Below are positions 14,701-24,960 of a DNA stretch of 32,000 nucleotides, piece by piece. Position 1 is the first letter of the stretch; each line of letters opens with the position of its first letter. The position numbers and the translations under genes are program-made. The stretch lies in sequence record NW_023502969.1. The stretch is one strand, 5' to 3'. The notes beneath the pieces were generated by a model, which was given only the letters and a program-made list of their open reading frames with translations, did not search any database and was not told the DNA's origin.

Positions 14701-15834
14701 AAATTATATTAATTATTCGTTATAGAAAATAAAATTATAATATAAAGTTCTCTTAATATCGCCGAGTTAGAAAAACGACTTTATATATAGACTTTAATAT
14801 TTTTTTAAAAAATAATTATAAGATTAAATTTCGCGATATAAGAGGCGCTATATAGCCCTAGCTTAGAGCTATTTAAATCTAAAAAAATAAAGAAATTCTA
14901 TTAAAAAAAAAAGCGTATTTTATTTAAATATAAAAGTTATAATAAAATACGTCTCCGCGCTAAGAGCTATTCTAATAAATTACGATTATATTTTATTATA
15001 CTCTATCTAATAGATTAGAATAAGATTAAATACTTAAATTATTTATTAAGAAAACTATAGACTCTAGATTATCGATAATAGAATTTTTATTTTTTATCTA
15101 ATAATTTAATATTATTATTATTTAGCTACTATCTACTTTAAATTTTATCTTTTAATTCTATTTTAAAATTAATTAATAAATATAATTTTATATTAAGAGT
15201 AATATCGATAGAATTCTTAAGATAAAAAATTAATAAAATATCGATTATTAAGATATAAAGCTATTTATAAGATATTATATCTTAAAATATTTTTTAAATA
15301 TTCTTAATAAAAATATTACTTTTAATAGAGAAATACTTAATTATCTTTATTAAATCTTCTTAATTAAATATAAAAATAGCGAGATATTAATTAATTTTCT
15401 TTAAAGAATTAAATTTATAAATATTCTATTAAATCTTTTAGCTATATCTCTTATTAACTTTATATTAAATTAATAACTTATCTAGATTATATTAAGAAAT
15501 AATTAATAATTATTATAAGGCGTAATAGCTTACTCGATATAAGAACTAGCTTATAATATTTAAATATATCTTCTATAATACTATTTCGTATAGTTAATAT
15601 ATTAATATTTAAAAGATTATAATATTCTATTATTAAATTAATAAGTCGAGATTATTATATATAAATAAATCTTTAATATAATTAATTTAAAGTTTAAAAT
15701 TCTAATATTTATAAAAGATATTATCTTTTTAATTAAAGGGTTAAATAATTTAAATATTAATAATATAAAATTAAATATTAATTATACGCTAGATTATAAT
15801 ATAATTAAAGCTATAAAGATTCTTAACTTTATTT

Positions 15835-18800
15835 ATAATTAATAATTTTAATAATTATTTCTTTATCTTAATAACGCTATTAGAGAAATTACGATATTTA
15901 TATAATCTCGCGATTAAGATTTTAAAAATATATTTAATATAGAATTATAAGATAAATTTAATATTTAAATTAAATAACGAGTATATAATATTAATAATTA
16001 CTTATCTTTTCTTATTATTCTCTTAATTAAATATATTATAATTATAATAAAAATTAATATTTATATATCTTTCTTAAAATATAACTTAAATATTCTTCTA
16101 TTTAATTAAAATAATTAAAATATTTTAAATATAATAAAAGAATTTATAAAATATATTATTAGCTAATTAAAGCTAATTTAGAAGATATAATTAGAAGATA
16201 AATAATATTTCTTATAAAAACTAATTTACTTAAAGTTATATAATCTTATATCGTTTAATTATTTATTTAAAATTAAGATTAATAAAATTATATTAATTAG
16301 ACTTTAAGTTATCTAAAAGATTATTTTTAAAAATCTTATTATTATTATAACGAAGCGCTTAATATTAAAATCGCTTTTATTAATATTTATAATTTTTTAT
16401 TTTTTTTAATATTAATTTAAATTATTATAATAATATAATTTTTTTTATAATTAATATAAGAATATAATAATAAGCGCTAATTATAATTCTATAAAGACGC
16501 TATTAAATTTTTAAAATAATAAAATAATTATTTAACTCGAGACGAGCTTTAATTATCGATACTTTTAGATATATTATTTATCTATTTAAATAGATTAATA
16601 TAAATTTATTAATTTTTTTAATTAAAAGTATTTAATAAGAGCGATAAGAGTCTTTAATAATTAAGATTTTTATTTAATTATCTATAGATAAATAGCTATT
16701 AATATTATTTATAAATAATATTAAATTATTAAGTTTCTAAGTATTTAATAGAGAAGTAATAGTTTATATAATAATAATCGAGTAATTATTAATATTAAAT
16801 TCGTAATATATAAAGAATAATTATCTTATATAATATTTCGATTATATATTAAATAAGAACTTTATTTTTATTAAATCTTTTAATATAATAATAACTCTTT
16901 ACTTATTCTTTTTATATTCTTTAATTATATTAAATTATTTTAAATAAGATTCTTAAGTATTAACTATAGTTTAACTATATCGATTTACTTCGAAATATTT
17001 ATTAATATAAAATTAAGAGAATTCTAAGTCTTTAAAGTCGTCGTTATTAAATATAAAATAGTTTTTAAATAATATAATAAATAGATCTTTATTATTATTA
17101 TAGATCTTATTATAAATAAGATTCTCTTTATTTTATAATAGATTATTTAAATTTAATTTAATAAAGATTAAATCTATATTACGCGTTAATATAAAAGAAT
17201 ATTATAAGATTATAAGATAATATACGATTTATTAAGAATTATAGAACTTTTATATTTATTATTTAAGATAATATATCTTTTATAATAATATAATATTATT
17301 AATAATAAGAATATCTTTAATTTCGATATTAAATTACGCGTTATCTTAATTTAAATAACTCTTATTATAAATATTATAGTAGAATTTTATAAGTTTAAAA
17401 AAGTTATATTTTATTAGAGCGAGGCTATTATATTAAATTAGACTCTTAAAATTATAAATTATAATAATTAATATTAAATTTATAAATTTAAAGTATTTAT
17501 TATTTTTATAAAGTATATATTTTTAGAATTATTTTAATAGATTAATAGATAGTAAATAATTAATATTAATCGAATAATTAGTATTATTAATACTCTACTC
17601 TTTCTTAATATATATCTTATAGTTTATATTAATAAAGCTTTTTAATTAATATTATTATATATTATTATATATAATAATTATAAATATCTTTAAATATAAA
17701 TTAAATAATATTATTAATTTATTTATTTTATTTATTATTATTTAGATATATAATATTAAAATTAATTATTAAAAGATAAAAGAAGAAAATATAAATAGCG
17801 ATTTTTAAGTTATTATTAATAATATTATAATTTAAATAAAGTTATTTTATTTTATATAATTTTAAATTATAAATAATTATTTATTAATTTTAAATAATTT
17901 ATTATAAAAATAATAATTAAAATATAAAATAAAATTTATATTAATAAATAGTTAAACTCGAAATATTAAAGATTATATTATTAATATTTTAAAAATATTA
18001 AAATATAAGATTTTTCTTTTAAATCTAGAATAAAAAGTATTTTTTTAATCTATTAAAATTAATAATAGCTAAATTTTTATTATTTATAAAAAGAGCTTTT
18101 TAATTAATAATCTTAAAATTATTCGCTATTTTATCTCGCTTTATAATTTTATTTTAATATAAAAGATATAAAGTATTATTAAAGAAGAACTTTATAAAGA
18201 AATATTAATTCTAATAATTAATTATTTCGCGAAGAGAAAAAATATCTTTAAGAATAATATTGAGATTACTCGCTATTTAATATTAATTAGAATTTAAAAG
18301 AGAATTTAATAATAATATATTATAGATATAGCGAGTTTCTTAGCTAGCTTTAAAAAATTTTATAATATTATTATATAAATTAATAAAAGAGATAATATCT
18401 TTAAATATAATTTTTAATCTTTTAAATTTATTTATAAAAATTAAAAGATAATTATATCGCTTTAATTTAAGATTAAAATTATATATATTTTTTAATCTAT
18501 AATTATATTTATTTAAATATTTTAAAAAAAAATTAATTATTAAAAGATTAAAAGTATCGAGATTAATAAGATTAAATTTAACTTCGCTTAATATTAAAAG
18601 TCTTTTAAATTATAAAAAAAGAGAGAATTATATTAAAGAGAGTATATATAAAAAAAATTTAAATTAAGAAAAAAGAGAGAGTTATATTAAAGAGAGTATA
18701 AATTAAAAATTTTTAAATTAAAAAGAAAGAAAGAATTATAGAGAAGAAAGTAAAGATAAAAAACTCTTAAATTAAAGAGAAAGAGAGAGTTATAAAGAAG

Positions 18801-20070
18801 AAAGCGAATTTAAGAATTTCTTTATAAATATATAAATATTTAATTATAATAATAAATATAGAGAATTCTATCGCTTAATTTTAATTATAAATATATATTT
18901 ATAATTTAGATATTTATAATCTTAATAAAATTCTAAATAAATAAAATAATATAAATTTATTTACTTAGTTTATATAATTTATTAAAATTTAAAAAAGCTT
19001 TTTTAAATAATAATCTAATTAAAAATTAAATAATTATATTACTCTTATTTTAAAATTTAATTAAAAGATTAAATATAATTAAAAAAAAAGATTATTATTA
19101 TTATAATCTTATTTTAATTAAGATAATATCGCTATTTTCTTTTAACTCTTTTAATAAATTAAAATTCTTTATAATATTAATAAATTAATTATTTTTTATT
19201 TAAATTACTTTTTATTATTTAATTATAACTATAACTCTAGAGAATAAAAAACTTATAAGATTTAAGAATTATAATAGAATAGTTATATCTATTTATAAGA
19301 ATTAGATTTTATATTTAATTTAATTATAATCTCGCGAGTAAAAATTTTTTTTTTAAGATTTTTTTTAAATAAGTTATTATAATAAAGAAAAGAGAGTAGA
19401 GAAAGAAAGATTATATTTTTATAAGAGATAAGATTAAATTAAATATATAGTAAGCGCGTAATAAATATAAATTAAAAATAAAATTCTATATTAAAATAGT
19501 TAGAGATAAAATAAAAGAGAATTTATTTTTTATTTAGATAAATATTATTTATAGATAATAATAACTTATTAATAATATTTAATTAAATAAATTATATATA
19601 ATAATAGTAATATAAAATTAAATTTAATTAAATATATTATTTATAATAATAAATAATATTAATTTTTTAATAGAGTAAAGCTAAATTTAATTAAATATAT
19701 TATTTATAATAATATATAATATTAAAATATTTAGCTTCGCGCGTTATAATAAATAAAAATTATTATTAAATAAAATATATTAAAATAAATATAATCTATA
19801 GATTTTAGTATCGCGATTATAGATTATTAAAAGATTTTAAATAAAGTAATATATAAAGAAGAAAGTAAATTAGATAATTAAAAATTAAGAACGCTATTAG
19901 ATTTAATATATTCGCTTTTATAATCTTAGATCTTAATATTATTATAAAAAAACGTAAAATAATAAAATAAAAATTTAAAAGAATTTTTTTTTTTTCTAAG
20001 TCTTACGTATTCGTCGCTATAACTCTAACTTCTTCGCTTATCTAATAACGATAATAATTTTATTATCGCT
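15835..20070 (+). repeat. Copy B of the same duplicated segment
   Basis: Direct-orientation paralogue of 1-4230 at an offset of about 15.84 kb. Both copies have a poly(T) run near the distal end (4146-4164 in A; a shorter run at about 19984-19996 in B). Homology fades about 70 bp after it. Confidence 0.9.
18612..18825 (+). repeat. The same ~55-bp tandem repeat inside copy B
   Basis: Collinear counterpart of 2765-2975 ('gagagaattatattaaagagagtatat...aaattaa' x about 4). Confidence 0.7.
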
Positions 20071-20640
20071 TAGTTTCTCCGTAGTATTCTTTATAGTATT
20101 CTTCATAATATTCTTCGTAGTATTCTTCGTAATATTCTCCGTAATATTCTTTATATTTATCTATTATAATTTCTTCTCTTACTTCTTAATATAATAGAGA
20201 TAATAAATTAAGTTATAATAGTATTCTTCGCTTATTAAATAATAATTTAATATAAAATTATAGAGAGTATATAACGTGAAATCTTAAAGAGTTAAGTCGT
20301 ATTCTTAATACTAAGAGTTTTACTACCGCTTAATTTCTTTATAGTATTCTTCGTATTTATCTATTATAGTTTCTTCTCTTACTTCTTTTTTTATAGAGTA
20401 TTAAATTAAGTAGCTAGCTAAGTAATTAATTAAGTAAATAATTAATATAATATAAGATCTTAAAGAGCTAAATCGTATTCTTAACGATAATAATCTTATT
20501 ACCGCTTAATTTCTCTATAGTATTCTTCGTATTTATCTATTATAGTTTCTTCTCTTACTTCTTCTCTTATAGAGTATTAGATTAAATAGCTAGTTAAGTA
20601 ATTAATTAATTAAATAATTAAATAATTAGCTAATAATCTA
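20030..20640 (+). repeat. Tandem repeat with a ~176-bp unit, about 3 copies (the first is expanded)
   Basis: 'atcttaaagag(t/c)taa(g/a)tcgtattcttaa...accgcttaatttct(t/c)tatagtattcttcgtatttatctattatagtttcttctcttacttctt' starts at 20281 and 20457. A variant first copy lies at 20030-20280. Confidence 0.75.
20081..20152 (+). repeat. 12-bp microsatellite x 6 nested in the first 176-bp unit
   Basis: The six units read gtagtattcttt / atagtattcttc / ataatattcttc / gtagtattcttc / gtaatattctcc / gtaatattcttt. Confidence 0.7.
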
Positions 20641-21099
20641 ATTAAGTAAATTATTAAGCTAATAGAGTATATAATATTAATTAAACGATTAAGAAATATA
20701 ATTAAAATAGAATAATAAAGAATAGATTTAGAAGAAAGACGCGTCTTAGAAGATAGTATTATTAAATTAGAAGATATTATTACTAACTTAAGAGGAGTAT
20801 ATAAAAGAGAATAATAGTTATAAATCTATTCGAGCTCTTTTTAAGAATCTTCTAACGCGTTTATAAATAATAGTAAATAGCTATTAAGCTCGCTTACGGC
20901 CTCGATTATTAATAATAGCGAATTCGTTAAAAGATAATCTAAAGGCGTTAATAGAGGCTCTAAGAGACGAGTAAAAGAAGTATATATATCTAAAGTATTT
21001 AGTAATATATCGAGAACGAATATATTTATATTAATAAATTAATAGAATAATAAAAAAAGAATAATTATATAAATAGATAAAAGAATTATTATTTAATTC

Positions 21100-21420
21100 T
21101 AAACGCGTCTAATATAACTACTATAACTATTATATTTAAATATTTATTTAATTTACTAATAGTAGACTAAACTTTATAATTTTTATATTATTAGAAAGCG
21201 TAAATTAAGCTCTATAATTTATAAAATTATAAAGTAACGATATACGTAGAAAGCTAGTTATTTTAGAGTATAAAACTTCTATATATAAATTTTTAATAAA
21301 AGAGTATAAGAGGGCTAGCGAGCTAACTTAGTTAATCTAATTAAAGTATATAATAACTTTAAATTTATAATTAACTATATATATAAATTTAAGATTTTTA
21401 AGCTTAGCTCTATCTTATTC
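21100..21420 (-). repeat. Left arm of a large inverted repeat
   Basis: The reverse complement of 21361-21420 ('gaataagatagagctaagcttaaaaatcttaaatttatatatatagttaattataaattt') matches 22556-22615 with one mismatch. Similarity continues outward with indels to about 21100 / 22880. Confidence 0.75.
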
Positions 21421-21440
21421 TTTTATATATATTAATAAAT

Positions 21441-21530
21441 CTTATCTTATTATTCTTCTCTTTATTCTTCTTTTCTTTCTTCTTCTCTTCTTCTTTATCT
21501 TTCTCTTTCTCTTTATCTCTATTATTATTT
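21441..21530 (+). repeat. Pyrimidine-rich (CT/TCT) low-complexity tract
   Basis: 'cttatcttattattcttctctttattcttcttttctttcttcttctcttcttctttatctttctctttctctttatctct'. It begins about 20 bp inside the inner end of the left inverted-repeat arm. Confidence 0.6.
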
Positions 21531-22555
21531 ATCTTATTTTTATTATTATTACTTTTAAAATTTAAATTAAATTTAAAATATAAAAAAGATATATTTATTA
21601 GTAAAAGATTAATTTAAAATATACTTAATATAAATAAAAGGGATAAGAAATAAATATAAAAAGTATAAGTATATAGTAAAGCGTATAACGTTGTAAATAC
21701 TTATAAAAATATTTAAAATCTTTTAAAGAATCTTCGCTTTATTAAGTAAAGTTACTTTATTATTTAATTGCTTTTTAATCTCTAAACGATTTTTAATATA
21801 TTAAATAGCTATTAAAATTATATTAAAGTATTTATAAATAATATAAAATCGCGTAATAAATATAAACTTAAGAATATTAAGAGTAAAAAGATAATAAATA
21901 ATATAAGTATATTATAAATAAATATAAATTATAACGTTAATATTAATAATAATATATTTATTAATTAAATCTATTAAGAAAATTAATAAATACTATAAGT
22001 ATATCTATTATATAAAATTTATATAAAATTTTATTATAATATAATTATTATATAAATAAATATAATAATAATACTTAATAATTATATTATTATTATTATT
22101 AAATATAATATTATAAAAGCGAGAAGCGTATTAAAAAGCTTATTAAGTATAATAATAATAGATATTCTTATTTAGAGTTAATAAAGATCTAGCGCTTCGA
22201 AGAGCTATTATTATTAATTAAGATTATTAATATAAAAAAAATATATATATAATTATAAAGTCTTTAAAAAATTTATAATAATAATTATAATAATAGACTA
22301 GACGTATATAAGATATATTTATTAAAATTATATTTAATATATATAAATTATTAAAAGTATAGATTATTAATAATAATAAAAAAGTATTAATAAAATAGAA
22401 AACTTTTTAAGAAAGTAAATATTATTATAGTTATATATTTAAACTATAATATTAATAATTACTCTATATATTATTATAATTATATTTAACTTATAAGAAT
22501 ATATTTAATATTATCTATAGATATTATATATTTATATTATTAATATATATAATAG

Positions 22556-22880
22556 AATAAGATAAAGCTAAGCTTAAAAATCTTAAATTTATATATATAG
22601 TTAATTATAAATTTAAGTTCTATACGCTTTTTAATTAGATTGGCTAAATTATTATAAGTAAATAAATTAACGTTCGTAATTATTAAAATCTCGCCCTTTT
22701 ATACCCTCTCTTATTAAAAAAATAAGTATATATTATTAACATATAGAATAACTTTTTTATTTTCTATTAAAATTTTAAGATTTTTTTTTTAAATTATAGA
22801 ACGAAATATAAGCTTTTAGATAAAAAAAGAATTTCTAAATTTAGTCTTATAATTATTAAAGCGCAAGGAATTCAAATATC
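22556..22880 (+). repeat. Right arm of the large inverted repeat
   Basis: See the left arm. The spacer between the arms is about 1135 bp (21421-22555). Confidence 0.75.
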
Positions 22881-23165
22881 GCTTATTAAAGTTCGCTTAT
22901 CAAAGATCGCTGATAGCCGAATAGCTCTGATTAAAAAATAGATATACATTATTTAATTTTAGAATAACTTTTTTATTTTCTATTAAAATTTTGAGATTTT
23001 TTTTTTAAATTATAGAACGAAATGTGTGCTATCAGATAAAATATTTTTTATTAAATTTAGTCTTATAGATATTTAAAGACAACGTATTTAAATATTCTCT
23101 ATTAAAAGTTCGCTTATTAAATTTACTCGATAGCCCTAATTAAAAAAAAAAGATTATGAATTTAA
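22735..23165 (+). repeat. 216-bp unit, two tandem copies
   Basis: 'agaataacttttttattttctattaaaatttt(a/g)agattttttttttaaattatagaacgaaat' starts at 22745 and 22961. The second copy is less mutated ('aatgtgtgctatcagat' retains TG/CA). Confidence 0.8.
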
Positions 23166-23587
23166 TTTATAGACCTTTACTCGTATATTTATAATATATT
23201 ATATTTACACTATACTATTATAAAAAACTCTTTCTCTTCTTTTTCTATAAGATTTAAAAAGTTTTAATAAATCTTTTAATAATAAGAAAATATTCTTTCT
23301 ATATTTAGATTTAAGAATAAATCTTTAAAAAAAGAAGATAATTATTAGAAAAGAGATTTAAGAGTTCTAAGTAAGAGGATTCTAGATTACTTAGTCTATA
23401 TACGCTTAATATATACTTAATAAAGTTTTAGCGAATAAGCTTAAGTAAGTAATCTCTCTTAAGTTTTCTTTACTTTTTTAAGAATTAGTTTTACTATTAA
23501 ATCGATATATAAATATATCTATCTTTCTAATTTCACATTACTATATAACTCTAAGACTCTTTAAGTCTAATAGAAACTTAATTTTTT

Positions 23588-24204
23588 TAGAGGGTCGCTC
23601 GGGTAATAGTCACGTCGAAGGCGGGCTCCGAAGCCGAATATTTTCGAGTAAGACGCCTTATACGAATGAGATTTTCGGGTAGAATAGTTCTATTTCAATG
23701 AGGATATTTCGGATAGAACGCCTTAGGGCAAAAAAGCCTAAGCAGACGCCCGGGAAGAAACCCCGAGGCCGGCCAAAATAGGCCTGAATTTGATTTGTGT
23801 GCGCTAAGGCGAGGCCACAGCCCCGGAATACAGCCCCATTCCCACATTATGTACCGTTGTGAAGGCGGGGCCACAGGCCTTTCACTTGGTAGACCGTGTG
23901 GGCAAATTTGAAGCCCCGCAAAAAGCGGGTATTTAGAAGTCTTCGAAGGAGTGAGCCCCGGAGCACAGGGCATGTTGTCCTTAAAATCGTGGATCTTTCG
24001 GGAAAGAATCCCCGGCACATTGCGATTTTTGCACCGTCTTCGGAGCTTGAGGACGAACCCTCTAGAGGTTAGCAGCAGCCCCTACGGGGGCCCTATTTAG
24101 GTCCAAATAGGGGTGTCTGGCTGTTAAGCGCAGACACCCCCGGGACCAGGCTTTTTTAGCTGAGTTGCTAACACCTCGGTTCGAATCCATTAGTCTCTCT
24201 CGCT
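23588..24204. other. 617-bp GC-rich, non-RIPed, apparently non-coding structured mini-island
   Basis: There is an abrupt switch from AT-rich DNA lacking CpA/TpG to about 50-55% G+C with many CpA/TpG. There is no plus-strand ORF of 60 aa or more. The only ORF is a 107-aa minus-strand one with no recognisable domain. The segment has many short GC hairpins and an internal 33-bp x3 repeat. Confidence 0.6.
23638..23736 (+). repeat. 33-bp tandem repeat x 3 inside the mini-island
   Basis: Units: 23638-23670 'atattttcgagtaagacgccttatacgaatgag', 23671-23703 'attttcgggtagaatagttctatttcaatgagg', 23704-23736 'atatttcggatagaacgccttagggcaaaaaag'. Confidence 0.7.
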
Positions 24205-24210
24205 AAAAAA

Positions 24211-24259
24211 TTATAAAATTATAAAAATCGTAAAATCGTAAAATCGTAAAATTATAAAA
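24211..24259 (+). repeat. 8-bp microsatellite x 6 (ttataaaa / tcgtaaaa)
   Basis: The tract reads ttataaaa ttataaaaa tcgtaaaa tcgtaaaa tcgtaaaa ttataaaa. Units differ by the CG<->TA doublet. Confidence 0.75.
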
Positions 24260-24389
24260 CTAATTAAAATTTTATAAATTATAAAAATAATAATAATAGT
24301 AATTAAAATAAAAAGACTATAATAGATATTAAAATTAACTTCTTATTAATTAAATTTAAATTAATTTAAAGTTAATTAACTTTCTAGAT

Positions 24390-24612
24390 ATCTATTATTA
24401 ATATAACTTTTTTTTTTCTATTAAAATTTTATTACTTTTTTTTAAATTATAGAACTTAATCTACGCTTTCTAATACTTTAAATTTTTTTAAAATTTAATC
24501 TTATAACTTTAAGTAAATCTTAAATTAAAATCTTTTTACTATTCGAAGTTCTAGAATCGAATTTAATCTCGAAATCAGATCTAAAAATAAATTACTTCTA
24601 TGAATTTAATTC
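24390..24612 (+). repeat. Third (direct) copy of the 216-bp unit, directly upstream of the gene island
   Basis: 'taacttttttttttctattaaaattttatt..ttttttaaattatagaacttaatctacgctttctaata' parallels 22745-22830. Its end, 'tatgaatttaattcatgggcct', parallels 23156 'tatgaatttaatttatagacct'. It is RIP-like up to about 24575 and unmutated from about 24596. Confidence 0.7.
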
Positions 24613-24960
24613 ATGGGCCTAAACTTGTCTATTATAATATCTTTATCAACGCTGTAACCTTGAAGGATGTTAAAGCTTCTCGCTGGTCACCGAGCAGGTA
24701 AAAATTGGTGCAAAGACAGTGCGCCTGGGCGAGCAAGTGTGACAATACCGCTCTTAGGTGAGCGATTTGAACATCGATAGCAGGCAGCTACAGCTTTCGA
24801 AAGTGTTGTACACAAAGACGGATCGACTTTCAACAATATCCTTCCAACACCGAAGTTTCATCACTAGCAGCTCAACACTATTATTTCATTCCTTCATTAT
24901 AACTTAAAAGGCTCTTGCGTTTACATTTACAACTCTCTTTCAATTATCCAAGTCCACGGC

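Larger units (their letters stand above)
1..23587. repeat. Extremely AT-rich, RIP-type degenerated repeat block; gene-free
   Basis: Hand counts of single 60-nt lines give about 8-22% G+C. CpA and TpG are almost absent, TpA is ubiquitous, and ApC/GpT persist. Residual C/G lie mostly in CpG, CpT/ApG and TpC/GpA. The supplied ORF track (shortest entry 60 aa) has nothing before 23695. The block is built from the duplicated segments listed below. 22860-23587 is only partly mutated, with scattered CpA/TpG reappearing. Confidence 0.85.

Noticed and set aside
1-20070. The two 4.2-kb direct repeats as LTRs of one giant retrotransposon
   Set aside because: At 4.2 kb or more they are far longer than known LTRs, and copy A is truncated by the window. 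There is no TG..CA termini, PBS or PPT evidence. The internal region is itself a mosaic of unrelated tandem repeats. Segmental or tandem duplication is the simpler reading.
20640-21100. Somewhat GC-richer RIPed stretch read as degenerate coding sequence (for example ..RRVLEDSIIKLEDIITNLRGVYKRE..)
   Set aside because: It is interrupted by many stops, and no family is recognisable by eye. It would need de-RIP reconstruction from other copies before any call.
23695-24018. 107-aa minus-strand ORF inside the GC mini-island as a protein-coding gene
   Set aside because: It is the only ORF in a hairpin-dense, repeat-containing segment. The peptide (P/G/L/S-rich, ..PGLTPSKTSKYPLFAGLQ..) has no motif I recognise. 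Its length is unremarkable for DNA of about 55% G+C. I treat it as probably spurious, and a profile search could revisit it.
24157-24204. tRNA gene suggested by the A-box-like D-arm (tagc-tgagtt-gcta) and a perfect B-box/T-loop (ggttcgaatcc)
   Set aside because: Only 7 nt separate the D-arm from the T-loop region, so there is no anticodon arm. The T-stem would pair only 2 of 5 positions (ctcgg / ccatt). No acceptor stem can be drawn. At best it is a tRNA-derived relic or promoter-like motif.
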